From contig CBDANF010000003.1 in assembly GCA_965197475.1 (NCBI GenBank), positions 2,016,001 through 2,080,000 on the forward strand: 64,000 nt of DNA. The letters run 5' to 3'. The stretch's first letter is position 1; each line of letters begins with the position of its first letter. The notes below the pieces were generated by a model. That model did no database searches, had not been told where the DNA came from, and was given only the letters and a program-made list of their open reading frames with translations. The DNA comes from Candidatus Poribacteria bacterium (GTDB lineage: Bacteria > Poribacteria > WGA-4E > WGA-3G). Shown one piece after another: positions 20,182-30,602 of the stretch. The translations under genes and the position numbers were made by a program.

Positions 20182-21690
20182 CTACGAAACATAAGTAGAT
20201 TTTTCTTGATCAGATGATTTGTCCCTTTTGAGCGAATTCACAGCGTTTTTGAATGCTTCTCCACGTTCTTTGTAATCTTTGTACATATCAAAACTGGCAT
20301 TTGCTGGCGATAAAATGACGATGTCCCCTGGCCCTGCATGTGCATAAGCAAATTTAACTGCCTCTTGCATTGTTGCAGTTTGATACATATCAACACAACC
20401 CGCGAATGTTTTTTGAATGTTCTGCGTGTGTTCCCCAAGTAGTACTAAACTTTTCACTGTGGTGCGCACAGGTTCAATAAGCGGTTCGTAGTCGTTTCCC
20501 TTATCATATCCACCAATAATTAAGAATACCCGTTTTGCATCTCCTCCCAGATATGTTGTTTTTTTGACCGATTCAAGTGCTGCGCATGTTGCTATGACGT
20601 TCGTTGCCTTAGAATCGTTTACATAATCTACACCGTTAATAACGCTCACCTTTTCAAAAGCGTGTTCAAGAGCAGGATGTATTCGATTGAATTTGAGAAT
20701 CGCCTTACGCATATCCGTAGGCATTACACCAAAGATTGTACCAACAACTACCGCTGCAAGTACGTTTCGGACATTATGTGCTCCTGCTAACGGCATATCG
20801 GCTATATTGCAAATCAAGTGTTCTTCGTTGTCTTTGTAAGTATAAATACCGATGTTGTTTGCGCTGCTTCGAAGTCTTGCCCCTATTTCGCTGCCTAATT
20901 TATGGCATGATATTTTCGACTCTCCATCTGTGTCAGAGAGACTGTCTGTGAAGTATGCTTTTTTCGCAGCAGTGGTGTGCGCAAAACTGTTAACAGTTGT
21001 GTCGGAGGCATTTAGCACTATCCATTCCGAACTCATCTGGTTTGCACATATTTTTTGTTTTGCCTTCAAATATGATTCCATCGTTCCGTGACGATCGAGA
21101 TGGTCACGCGAGAAATTTAACACTACGCTTACTGCTGGTCGAAAAGTTATAGTACTCTCCAATTGGAAACTACTTGCCTCTACGACTGCAATGTCCTCGC
21201 GCCTTAGTGTTGCTACTTTATTTGCTAACGCAACGCCAATATTCCCTGCCACGACCACATTAGAAAATACGTTGCCCGCTTCTAAAATCGCCGCAGTCAA
21301 AAGCGTTGTTGTTGATTTGCCTTTTGTACCTGTAATTGCTACGATAGGAGCTTGACAAAGGCTTGCAGAGACTTCCAATTCACCTAAAATCGGGATGTCT
21401 CTTTTTTTCGCCTCAACTAATATCGGAATTTCCAAAGGAACACCAGGTGAAACAACTATTAATTGGGCATTCGAAATACAGGATTCTCCATGCCCTCCGA
21501 GATGTAATTGAATCGGGATCCCATCCAATTGGGCGATTTCGGCGGACAAAGCGTCTTTATCGCGCGTATCTGTGAGGGATATTTTTGCGCTGATATCATG
21601 AAGTAACCTTGCAATTGCGATGCCACTTCGATTTGCACCAAAAACGGTAATCCGTTTTCCCGAAAAGCGGTCCAAATTCTGATATTTCAA
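20182..21690 (-). CDS. murD: UDP-N-acetylmuramoyl-L-alanine--D-glutamate ligase
   Basis: VVSPGVP, ITGTKGKSTT, EASSFQL, DHLDRH, NDSKATN, LSPANASFD. Confidence 0.95.
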   Translation of the reverse strand: MKYQNLDRFSGKRITVFGANRSGIAIARLLHDISAKISLTDTRDKDALSAEIAQLDGIPIQLHLGGHGESCISNAQLIVVSPGVPLEIPILVEAKKRDIPILGELEVSASLCQAPIVAITGTKGKSTTTLLTAAILEAGNVFSNVVVAGNIGVALANKVATLRREDIAVVEASSFQLESTITFRPAVSVVLNFSRDHLDRHGTMESYLKAKQKICANQMSSEWIVLNASDTTVNSFAHTTAAKKAYFTDSLSDTDGESKISCHKLGSEIGARLRSSANNIGIYTYKDNEEHLICNIADMPLAGAHNVRNVLAAVVVGTIFGVMPTDMRKAILKFNRIHPALEHAFEKVSVINGVDYVNDSKATNVIATCAALESVKKTTYLGGDAKRVFLIIGGYDKGNDYEPLIEPVRTTVKSLVLLGEHTQNIQKTFAGCVDMYQTATMQEAVKFAYAHAGPGDIVILSPANASFDMYKDYKERGEAFKNAVNSLKRDKSSDQEKSTYVS

Positions 21691-21745
21691 ACATTTACCT
21701 CAACCGATATATTTTAAAGAACGAGGTATATTGTGTGGTATATAC

Positions 21746-22864
21746 TTATCCTAATCTAAGTGTACTTAATGCTATCAACATTAATATAAGTGCCACAATC
21801 CAAAAACGGATTACCACTTTTGATTCCTTCCATCCTGAGAGTAAAAAGTGATAATGAAGTGGTGACATCTTGATAACCCGTTTTCCAAAAGTTCTATATG
21901 ACCAAACCTGTATGATGACAGATAATGCTTCCGCTACAAAAATACCACCAACAATAATAAGTAGAATTTCCTGTTTTATTAATAGCGCGCATGTTCCAAG
22001 CGTTGCACCAAGCGGCAAAGAGCCGGTATTTCCCATGAACAGTTGTGCAGGGTGCCCGTTGTACCATAGAAATCCTAATCCTGCTCCTACTAAAGATGCA
22101 CAGAAAATCGCTGTAACTTCTCCACCAATAGGAAGATGAAAAAGATTGAGATGTCCTGCTATGAGCTTATGGCTCGTCATATATCCCAACGCGCCAATCG
22201 TTCCCGCTACGAATAGCGTACACCCGATTGCTAACCCATCCATACCGTCCGTTAGGTTCACAGCATTTGAGGTAGCAACGATAACAAACGTAGCAAAAGG
22301 GATAAAGAAAATACGTAAGTTCGGGTGTAGGTTTTTAAAAAATGGAAGATTCAATGCTGTGCGCGTTGTAACATCATTCGCTTCAGCAGGTCCCCACTGA
22401 TAAAGATAGCATGCAATCGCTATAGCACCAACAGTTTGCAGCACAATTTTCTGCCAACCGCGTAGACCGAGCGACTGTTTTTTGCTAATTTTGAACATAT
22501 CATCTAAAAAACCGAGCCCTCCAAACCAAATTGTCGTAAAGATCATCAGGTAGATATAAGGTTGATCAAGCCGCGCCCAAAAAATGACGGATACAAGTAC
22601 GGCGACAATGATAAGAATGCCACCCATTGTTGGCGTTCCAGCTTTGCTTTGATCTTCGTTGTATTGTTGTGCCTTTTCTACCTCTTCTTGAATATGTTCA
22701 CCGATTCGCAACTGTTTCAACCGCTTTATCATAAAAGGTCCTAAAACAAGCGAAATAGCGAGGGCAGTTGCTGTTGCATAAACGGCACGAAAACTAATTG
22801 AGTTAAAAATATTGAAGGGCTGAAATATGTTGACAAGGGTTTCAAAAAATAGATGATAAAACAT
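21746..22864 (-). CDS. mraY: Phospho-N-acetylmuramoyl-pentapeptide transferase (variant active-site motifs)
   Basis: KAGTPTMGG, GFLDD, SNAVNLTDGMDGLA. Shows FMGNTGS and PLHYHF where MGDxGS and HHH are usual. Confidence 0.95.
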   Translation of the reverse strand: MFYHLFFETLVNIFQPFNIFNSISFRAVYATATALAISLVLGPFMIKRLKQLRIGEHIQEEVEKAQQYNEDQSKAGTPTMGGILIIVAVLVSVIFWARLDQPYIYLMIFTTIWFGGLGFLDDMFKISKKQSLGLRGWQKIVLQTVGAIAIACYLYQWGPAEANDVTTRTALNLPFFKNLHPNLRIFFIPFATFVIVATSNAVNLTDGMDGLAIGCTLFVAGTIGALGYMTSHKLIAGHLNLFHLPIGGEVTAIFCASLVGAGLGFLWYNGHPAQLFMGNTGSLPLGATLGTCALLIKQEILLIIVGGIFVAEALSVIIQVWSYRTFGKRVIKMSPLHYHFLLSGWKESKVVIRFWIVALILMLIALSTLRLG

Positions 22865-22996
22865 TTTTAATGCTTCTTTACTAACTTCAAAGGTGATGTA
22901 TTACAGCGGTTTAATCAAAACCTTAATAAAAAATAAGAATAAGGTAAAATTGAATGCTACTATGATTACCACCCACTTAAATAGCATCGTGGAAAC

Positions 22997-24205
22997 TCAC
23001 GCTGTTTCCTCTGGTTGTAAGTCGGTTTTCAACTTTGCAAAACTTGCCCCAGCTTGACTTAACAAGTTCGTTGAATAAGAATAGATTAAGCGATTTTTCT
23101 CCTGATGTGTTTCTAACGCGAGTTCAACCAATTGTGACACCAATTCCGTAAATGATATCCCAACCGGTTCCCATAAGTAAAAACTGAAAGAGCCAGGAAT
23201 TGTGTTTATTTCATTCACATATACCTGATCTTCGCTGCTTACCAAGAAATCTATGCGGGCAATGCCAGCGCAGTCAAGCACTTGAAAAGTCAAGGTAGCA
23301 AGGTTTTGAATATGTAACGTCAATTCGTCTGGAATAGGTGCAGGAATTTTCCGTTCTGCGCCCGCCATACCGGAAGATACGTCAGAAGCGGATGCAGTTT
23401 CCGAAATTTGATGGATATATTTATCATCAAAGCTGAGAAAGTCAGTGCTGGCAATCGGTTGTTCACAAATTGAAGGTATCGGCATGTGTGTTCCCATCAC
23501 TGAGCAATTTATTTCATAACCGTTTTCGATTCCTTCTTCAACAACGATACGACGGCAATATCTGCACGCAAGTTCGATCGCATCCTGAAGTTCGTCCGCA
23601 TCTTTTGCTTGACTGACACCGATGCTTGATCCACTCACTGCAGGTTTAACAAAGATAGGATAGGTAATCTTTTCTTCAATCGTTTTGAGAATGTCGTCGC
23701 TCGCTAAATCCCAATCGTGTTTTGTGAAGGGTACATAAGGTAGGATAGGGAGTTCATTTTCGTTGAGAACGGCTTTCATCACGGTTTTATCCATACCGAT
23801 GCCTGAGCCGACGACCCCTGCGCCGACATAGGGTATATCTATCAGTTCAAGAAGCCCTTGAAGTGAGCCATCTTCGCCATGAACACCGTGAATGGCGGGA
23901 AAAACAACATCAATAGGAAGTTCCCTTTTTTTACTAAACAAACCGCGTTTTGGTAAGACACTAAAGTTCGCGCGTGTCCCAAATTCAACACTCACAGTGT
24001 CAAAATCAGCGGTGCTCGGTAAGTTCCCTTCGGTGAATGTGCTCAGTTCCTTGAGTTTATCTCCTGTTAGCCATGCCCCATCTTTTGTTATATAAATCGG
24101 GATAACGTCGTGTGTTTCTGCTAAAGCAGCATTGACCTGATGTGCAGTGACGATAGAAACTTCGTGTTCAGGTGATCGACCACCGAATATGAGTGCTACG
24201 TTCAT
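22997..24205 (-). CDS. ddl: D-alanine--D-alanine ligase family protein
   Basis: FGGRSPEHEVS, HGVHGEDGSLQG, GSSIGV, RIDF, NEINTIPG. Confidence 0.92.
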   Translation of the reverse strand: MNVALIFGGRSPEHEVSIVTAHQVNAALAETHDVIPIYITKDGAWLTGDKLKELSTFTEGNLPSTADFDTVSVEFGTRANFSVLPKRGLFSKKRELPIDVVFPAIHGVHGEDGSLQGLLELIDIPYVGAGVVGSGIGMDKTVMKAVLNENELPILPYVPFTKHDWDLASDDILKTIEEKITYPIFVKPAVSGSSIGVSQAKDADELQDAIELACRYCRRIVVEEGIENGYEINCSVMGTHMPIPSICEQPIASTDFLSFDDKYIHQISETASASDVSSGMAGAERKIPAPIPDELTLHIQNLATLTFQVLDCAGIARIDFLVSSEDQVYVNEINTIPGSFSFYLWEPVGISFTELVSQLVELALETHQEKNRLIYSYSTNLLSQAGASFAKLKTDLQPEETA

Positions 24206-24281
24206 GTTTTTTCCTTTTAAGTGCTTATTACTGGATATGTTTTCAGATATACCATCTTAACTCCCAAACTATTGAGGTGTA

Positions 24282-25916
24282 TTAAGATGCTTCGTTGTAA
24301 TTGTCTGGTAAATCGTTTTCAAATAAGACTACATCCCCTGCTTTTAAGTGTTGCTGAAGTTGTTTTTGGGCTTCATCACGGTCATTAACAACATGAATCT
24401 GTTGTTCGGGATAGTTTGCGTTTTTGAGTCCATCCAAAATTGGCACTGTTTGTGCTGGACCCACAAGGATAACGAGATCGCAGACCTTGGCTGCTTCTGA
24501 ACCGAACCGCTTGTTTTCATCGTATTCGCGTTCGCCAAGTTCCACCATACCCGGGGTAACCAATACCTTTTTTCCTGCTTTATCGCTCACAAAGTCAGTG
24601 AGCACTTCAAGAGCTGCTTTTGCACCTTCAGGATTTGCGTTGAAACTGTCGTCAATCACAGTTACACCTGTCCCACTTGCTATCAATTGCAAACGGTGCG
24701 GAACCGGTTCTAAAATTTTAAGTGCGTCACGAATTTCATTCAGTGTCATCCCACATTGCAGTGAGACGCCAATAGCAGCAAGGATATTTGAAACGTTATG
24801 TTTACCCAGAAGCCTAGTTGTGATTTCGACTGTTCCTACAACTTCGTCAGTTACACTAAAAGTAAGTCCTTTATCACTCTGTTTGATATTACTGGCTTTT
24901 AGCCTTATAGATGTGTTATCAACACCGTTTGATTCTACCCCGTATTGAATAACAGGAACGCTGTCGGTTTTATCTGCTAAAGCAGCACAAATTTCATTGT
25001 CGGAGTTGATGACCGCGAGTCCATTTGTGGGTAACGCTTCTATTAACTCGTACTTTGCCCGGGCTGTATTCTCAATACTTTTAAATCGCTCTAAATGTTG
25101 GGGACCGACGGTAGTGAGTATTCCTATCTCCGGTGGCGCGAGACGACACAGCTCATTGATATCACCACGTTTATACGCTCCCATTTCAACGATAAAATAC
25201 TCGTGTCTCGGTAATAAATCTCCTCTGATAACCTTACAAATACCCATTGGTGTATTATAGCTATCTGGGGTCATCAACGTGTTATATTTTTGCGATAAAA
25301 TCTGATGAAGAATATACTTTGTGCTTGTTTTACCATAACTGCCTGTAATTCCGATAATTTTCGGCTGAAGGGTTTTGATGCGTTTTTTTGCGTCGCGTAA
25401 ATAAGCACCGTTGATTAATTGCTCTAACGGCCAGATTAAAAAGCTGCTCACAACAAGAATCGGTACCGTGAGTTCACTGAACAGAAAGACACCTATCCGC
25501 CATCGGCTTTCTTCTATAACTAAAACGAGTACAGTCCCAAGTATAGCAAATAATGCAAGTGCTAATCCGAAAAGTCGTTTAGCGCGGGCAGTATAAACGA
25601 GCGGTTTTTTCGCTGTGGGTTTCTTACCCCATACAATTCTATAAACTTGAAACGCTGCCCAAGCGAGACAGATTGTCGGAAAAAACCAATTGGTCTGAAT
25701 ATTAGTAGGATAAATAGACGCAATAATCAACACTCCTGCAATGATAATAATCTCTATGATTTCAAAACAGTGTCTGATGTGCGTCGAAACCCATTTCAGA
25801 TAGCGTCCAGGTTTATACCCATCAAGTTGTAGTATATGCAATCCATGTGTAGTCCTGATTATTGATCTTACAAAACAGACGATAACCAGAACATAAAAGA
25901 ATAAATCGTTAACCAT
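24282..25916 (-). CDS. murF: MurF-type ligase with N-terminal multi-TM membrane anchor
   Basis: About 170-aa hydrophobic N-terminus with LQLDGY and KKPLVYTARAKRL, then GITGSYGKTSTK, SYNTPMG, VEMGA, IDDSFNANP, FENDLPD. Confidence 0.88.
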   Translation of the reverse strand: MVNDLFFYVLVIVCFVRSIIRTTHGLHILQLDGYKPGRYLKWVSTHIRHCFEIIEIIIIAGVLIIASIYPTNIQTNWFFPTICLAWAAFQVYRIVWGKKPTAKKPLVYTARAKRLFGLALALFAILGTVLVLVIEESRWRIGVFLFSELTVPILVVSSFLIWPLEQLINGAYLRDAKKRIKTLQPKIIGITGSYGKTSTKYILHQILSQKYNTLMTPDSYNTPMGICKVIRGDLLPRHEYFIVEMGAYKRGDINELCRLAPPEIGILTTVGPQHLERFKSIENTARAKYELIEALPTNGLAVINSDNEICAALADKTDSVPVIQYGVESNGVDNTSIRLKASNIKQSDKGLTFSVTDEVVGTVEITTRLLGKHNVSNILAAIGVSLQCGMTLNEIRDALKILEPVPHRLQLIASGTGVTVIDDSFNANPEGAKAALEVLTDFVSDKAGKKVLVTPGMVELGEREYDENKRFGSEAAKVCDLVILVGPAQTVPILDGLKNANYPEQQIHVVNDRDEAQKQLQQHLKAGDVVLFENDLPDNYNEAS

Positions 25917-25975
25917 TGTTAACCTGTGTAAAATTTTTTATAATTCGTTTGTGTAGTGGCAGTAGATAACAAAAA

Positions 25976-26031
25976 CGCAATGAATTGTGCTGCTACAAAC
26001 ATGTTTAGCAGCGACATTATTCATTGCGCCA
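25976..26031. repeat. Degenerate inverted pair of family-1 REP-like units
   Basis: CGCAATGAATTGTGCTGCTACAAAC followed by GTTTAGCAGCGACATTATTCATTGCG. Confidence 0.55.
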
Positions 26032-26125
26032 TGGTGTGCGATCCAGGTAGTGCAACTACAAAATCTAATGTTCCATTCTCAATCACATTATTTTTTAGGC
26101 AAACCTTGCCGTCGGTGGTAGTTGT

Positions 26126-26887
26126 TCATACTAAAAAGTCAGCCACTATTTGACAAAACTGCGGGAATTGGTCAAGGTACGAGAAATGCCCCGCATCTTT
26201 GAGGATGACCAGTCCCGCATCAGGTATCTCCTTCTCCATGATTTTGCCAAAAGACACCGGTGTGTCTGTGTCGTTTTCTCCCCAGATCAACAACGTGGAT
26301 GCTTGTATCTTCGGCAATAGTGGTCGTAAATTTTGATTGACGGATTTCACCATTGTTGCTCTCATCGGACCTGCTTCCTTATAATCTTTTGAACCTATCG
26401 ATTGTGCTATGACATCTGCAAGATTGTTTCCAATTGTTCCACAACGTCGCATCAAACGTCCGAATTTCGCCAGACTGATTTTTAAATAGTCCTTTGCAGT
26501 TCGGGTTGGTATGATGCCTGCACTATCAACTAAGATGAGTTTATCTACCTTTTCCGGTTCTTCTGCTGCCATTACTATAGAGATTCTTCCGCCATAAGAA
26601 TGTCCAATCAGGTGTGCTTTGTTGATGTTGAGTTTATGAAAAAAAGTAGAAAGGAATTTGGCGTAGTCGGCGGCATCCCACGCAGCTGGTGGCATCTCGC
26701 TTAGTCCAAAACCCGGAAGATCAAGCGTAAATACTTGATGTGAGTCTGAAAGCCAATTGAAAACTGATTTGAAAGTATTTGCCTCAGCCCCCCAACCGTG
26801 GAGAAGGACTACGGTCTTACCAGCACCTTCAACCTGATAGGCGACTTTTAAATTATTAATTTCTATGAACTTAACTGGTCTCATCAC
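26126..26887 (-). CDS. Alpha/beta fold hydrolase within the dcw cluster
   Basis: LLHGWG, DLPGFG, GHSYGG nucleophile elbow, WGENDTDTP, AGHFSYLD. Confidence 0.9.
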   Translation of the reverse strand: MMRPVKFIEINNLKVAYQVEGAGKTVVLLHGWGAEANTFKSVFNWLSDSHQVFTLDLPGFGLSEMPPAAWDAADYAKFLSTFFHKLNINKAHLIGHSYGGRISIVMAAEEPEKVDKLILVDSAGIIPTRTAKDYLKISLAKFGRLMRRCGTIGNNLADVIAQSIGSKDYKEAGPMRATMVKSVNQNLRPLLPKIQASTLLIWGENDTDTPVSFGKIMEKEIPDAGLVILKDAGHFSYLDQFPQFCQIVADFLV

Positions 26888-26938
26888 CTAATGCCTATTT
26901 CAAGGTTTGCTTTCAGTTTTTTTGAGTGTAAATTTCGT

Positions 26939-28504
26939 CTACCTTGCCGCTGGCTGCTGCGAATGTAGAGGTAACTGCTGTAAAATTTCCGAGGCAACTT
27001 CGCGATCATCAAATGGGAACCTTTTTCCATGAATTTCTTGATAATTTTCGTGTCCTTTACCGGCAATTACGACAACATCACCTGGTTGCGCATCCATGAT
27101 AGCACGACGAATCGCTTCACGTCGCTCCGAAATACATAGAAATGCTGCATCATGTGGTAAATTTGACACAATTTCTGAGATGATTTCATCAGGATTTTCC
27201 GTGCGTGGATTGTCAGAAGTAACCACGCTCATATCCGCAATTTGCGTGGAAATTGCCCCCATTTTTGGACGTTTACCTCTATCACGATCCCCGCCGCAAC
27301 CGAACACAGAAATTAACCGTCCTTCTGTGATTCCACGGGCTGCAGTTAAAACATTTTCCAAACCATCAGGCGTGTGTGCATAATCAACAATGACAGCAAA
27401 GTCTTTGCCTTGTTCGCCAAACGGGTTAACACATTCAAAACGTCCGGGAACAACTGTCGTAGCAAGTCCCTGACGAATAGCTGCAGCACTGCAGCTATAA
27501 CGAAATCCAACGCCAATTGCAGCAAGCGCATTATATATATTATATGACCCGAGTAAGCGGATTTTTGCCTTGATCTCTGTGCCTGTTCGGTCTGAAGTGT
27601 TGGTGGTGCGGCTTTCTCTCTGTACTGCTGTAAAAGCTAACTCTTTTAGCGAAATTTCTATGTCTTGTGCCGCTAAATCCGCTTCGTTTTCAAGTCCGTA
27701 TGTTAGGATGTCCTTGTGAGATGTATGCGCAACGATGTGAGCAGTGGCAGAGGAATCTGCGTTTAAAATTGCTATACCGTCCGGACTCAACTGCTCAAAT
27801 AACATAAGTTTGGCAGCAAGATAATTTTCCATGGTGCCGTGGTAGTCCAGATGGTCCTGTGTTAAGTTAGTAAAGACAGCGGTATTGAAAGTAAGTCCAG
27901 CTAATCGGTGTTGTGCAAGCCCTTGGGAAGAAGTTTCCATGACGACATGCTCTATCCCTGCATCGGCTATTTGCTTTAACATAGCATGCAGTTGAAACGC
28001 ATCAGGTGTTGTCAGAAGTGCTGGAATTTCAATTTTCGATGGGTGCTTGCCATTTGCGTTTGAATCATTTGCATCAAACGTATGTCCCACTGTTCCTAAC
28101 ACAGCAGTTTTCAACCCATGCGCCTTGAGAATCCCGTATGTTAAATGTGCAGTAGATGTTTTTCCATTTGTGCCGGTGATGCCGGTTAATTTCAATCGTC
28201 TCGCGGGATTACCGTACCAATTGGCGGCACCTAAGGCTTGTGCCTTGCGTCCGTTAGGGGTAATTACACCAGTTACGTTGTTAGGTAGTTCAGATGTTTT
28301 CTTTTCTGAGATGATTGCTATCGCACCGTTTTGGATAGCACCAATAATAAAAGAATGACCATCAACATTCAGTCCTTGATAGCAGATGAAGGCATATCCT
28401 GGCTTGACTTTTCGGTGGTCGCTGACAACACCTGTAATTTCGGGATTTCGGTCACCTGTAATCTCTGCGACTTCAATTCCATCCAGAAGGTTTTGGAGTT
28501 TCAT
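26939..28504 (-). CDS. murE: UDP-MurNAc-L-Ala-D-Glu--meso-DAP ligase
   Basis: GITGTNGKTST, DHLDYH, DYAHTPD, GCGGDRD, DNPR (DAP-type specificity motif). Confidence 0.96.
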   Translation of the reverse strand: MKLQNLLDGIEVAEITGDRNPEITGVVSDHRKVKPGYAFICYQGLNVDGHSFIIGAIQNGAIAIISEKKTSELPNNVTGVITPNGRKAQALGAANWYGNPARRLKLTGITGTNGKTSTAHLTYGILKAHGLKTAVLGTVGHTFDANDSNANGKHPSKIEIPALLTTPDAFQLHAMLKQIADAGIEHVVMETSSQGLAQHRLAGLTFNTAVFTNLTQDHLDYHGTMENYLAAKLMLFEQLSPDGIAILNADSSATAHIVAHTSHKDILTYGLENEADLAAQDIEISLKELAFTAVQRESRTTNTSDRTGTEIKAKIRLLGSYNIYNALAAIGVGFRYSCSAAAIRQGLATTVVPGRFECVNPFGEQGKDFAVIVDYAHTPDGLENVLTAARGITEGRLISVFGCGGDRDRGKRPKMGAISTQIADMSVVTSDNPRTENPDEIISEIVSNLPHDAAFLCISERREAIRRAIMDAQPGDVVVIAGKGHENYQEIHGKRFPFDDREVASEILQQLPLHSQQPAAR

Positions 28505-30456
28505 AAACCCGCTCCCTTCTTCACCAGGGCATCGTCAGAGATCGGAGTGTGGTTAATCAGGGAGGGAACAGGTTTTTTTGTTTGCCGCTTCACTGTAGGG
28601 TTGAGAGGGTCTTGGGTGAGAGAGGTCGTATTCTTGCTTGACGATTGATTCGATAAACGCGTGCCGTTAACCGGCGTAGTGGTTCTGTTCTTATCAACAT
28701 ACTTATTTTTAGGAACGTTTCTTCGCGTTGGTATTGAGTCAAATAAATCGGTCTGTTCAATATGTTGAAGGGTTCGCATGGCAATCCGTTTGAAAACGGG
28801 GCCTACGACCTGACCGCTAAATCTTGCGCCAGTGGGTTCATCAATAGTTACAATAATGGCAATTTTCGGTGCGTCAGCTGGGAGAAATCCCATAAAAGAC
28901 ATGACCTCTTTACCAGTAACATAACCTTTACCTCTTTCTGCTTTCTGTGCGGTTCCCGTTTTACCGGCAATGCTAATACCCTCAATTTTTGCTCGCTTGC
29001 CGCTTCCTTCTTCAACTACACCGACAAGAATGTCTGCCATCTGTTTAGCAATTTCTGGTCGCAAAACACGTCGAATTTCAATCGGGTGGTTCTTTTTGAC
29101 AAGGTTGCCACGAGTGTCCCGGATTTCCTTAGTGATATACGGCTGACGTAAAATACCACCATTGGCTATAACAACTAAAGCATTCACCATCTGTAGAGGG
29201 GTGACAGAGATGCCTTGACCGAAAGGAACAGATCCAAGTGAGTTTGTATCCCATCGTCGCAGTGCATACAGGTTACCACGCTGTTCATAGGGCAGGTCCA
29301 CACCGGTCTTTTTTCCGAAGCCATACATATCTACATAAGTTTGGAATAGTTCAGGACCTAACTGCTGGACAACTTTGATCATGCCGATGTTGCTTGATTT
29401 GTGTATTACTTCTGAAAGTGATAGCCATCCTTTTTCAGAGACATCCTTTATGACGCGTCGATTAGAGAGACGGTACCTCCCGTTTTCACAAAAGACCGTT
29501 GATTCAGGTGTCATGATGTCTTCGTTCAATGCTGCTGAGGAGGCAACAATTTTGAAAATAGAACCAGGTTCAAAAAGGTACTTGATACCGAGATTACGTT
29601 TTGCTTCTTCAACTGCGTTTGTCTGGTCATTAATGTCATAAGTGGGAGAACTTGCCATCGCTAATATTTCTGAAGTTTCTACTGCAAGGACAATAGCCGT
29701 TCCTTTAGGTGCGTTCCAATCCTTACACCCTTGCTCCAATTCTTCTTCGGTAATATCTTGAATGATTTCATCAAGGGTTAGGATGACGTTACACCCATTG
29801 TTACCAAGTGGTTCGGATACTGATTGTGCTTGGAGAGAGACAGATGCTACCTCCGATTTTCTCTGTGGCAGTGGTGAATGTAACTTCTGAAGATACGTGT
29901 TATACTGAATTTCAATTCCTTCACCTACATTTAAATCGTTACGGTAACCAATAACCTGTGATGCAAGAGTCTTTTTCGGATAAACTCGCCTCGGTTCAAC
30001 CTCAATTTTGAGTCCTCTATGTTTTTTGGTGACGTTCCGAATCGCATCTAATTTTTCATAGTCAATTCCTTTTTTGAGCCAGACAAATTCAACGTACTCC
30101 CCTTCCCGCTTCCGTTTTAGCAGTGCTAATAGTTCCGACGTGGTGCTATCCAATAAAGGGGCTAATTCAGTTGCAACAGTGTGCGCGTTTGATTTCCTAT
30201 TTAAGGTTCTTGGATCGGCGCAAACCGCAAGCCGGTCTTGGCTGATACCTAATACGCGTCCGTGGCGGTCAAGGATTTTCCCGCGTTTGACTACGCCCTT
30301 TCCCTGAGAACGCCAATCAAGTCGAGATGTTACTGCGCTCTCTTCGTTTGGATATTGAAGCGTAAAGAGTTTGCCTATCAATAACAGAAAGCTTAATTGT
30401 AGGACTATTAGAACGACAACTAACCGGCGAATTGAGAGATTCGTGTTATTTTTCAT
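28501..30456 (-). CDS. ftsI: Class B penicillin-binding protein FtsI/PBP3
   Basis: RGKILDRHG, EPGSIFK (SxxK), SSN (SxN), KTGTAQK. Confidence 0.93.
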   Translation of the reverse strand: MKNNTNLSIRRLVVVLIVLQLSFLLLIGKLFTLQYPNEESAVTSRLDWRSQGKGVVKRGKILDRHGRVLGISQDRLAVCADPRTLNRKSNAHTVATELAPLLDSTTSELLALLKRKREGEYVEFVWLKKGIDYEKLDAIRNVTKKHRGLKIEVEPRRVYPKKTLASQVIGYRNDLNVGEGIEIQYNTYLQKLHSPLPQRKSEVASVSLQAQSVSEPLGNNGCNVILTLDEIIQDITEEELEQGCKDWNAPKGTAIVLAVETSEILAMASSPTYDINDQTNAVEEAKRNLGIKYLFEPGSIFKIVASSAALNEDIMTPESTVFCENGRYRLSNRRVIKDVSEKGWLSLSEVIHKSSNIGMIKVVQQLGPELFQTYVDMYGFGKKTGVDLPYEQRGNLYALRRWDTNSLGSVPFGQGISVTPLQMVNALVVIANGGILRQPYITKEIRDTRGNLVKKNHPIEIRRVLRPEIAKQMADILVGVVEEGSGKRAKIEGISIAGKTGTAQKAERGKGYVTGKEVMSFMGFLPADAPKIAIIVTIDEPTGARFSGQVVGPVFKRIAMRTLQHIEQTDLFDSIPTRRNVPKNKYVDKNRTTTPVNGTRLSNQSSSKNTTSLTQDPLNPTVKRQTKKPVPSLINHTPISDDALVKKGAGL

Positions 30457-30602
30457 AATCTGATTATGTCTTTCCGGATACTATGACAAGATACACAGTT
30501 CCGCGCCAAATTAATAACAAATCATTAGAGAGATTCACGCACTGCTCCAGAATTTAAAGAATGTTACGCTGACGCTCTCTATTTTTTACCCGTTCACACT
30601 AC

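Noticed and set aside
22997-24205. Ddl as a Van-type D-Ala-D-Lac ligase
   Set aside because: The omega loop keeps KY (FDDKY) as in D-Ala-D-Ala ligases, and no van genes are adjacent.
24424-24948. 174-aa plus-strand ORF
   Set aside because: Antisense shadow of murF.
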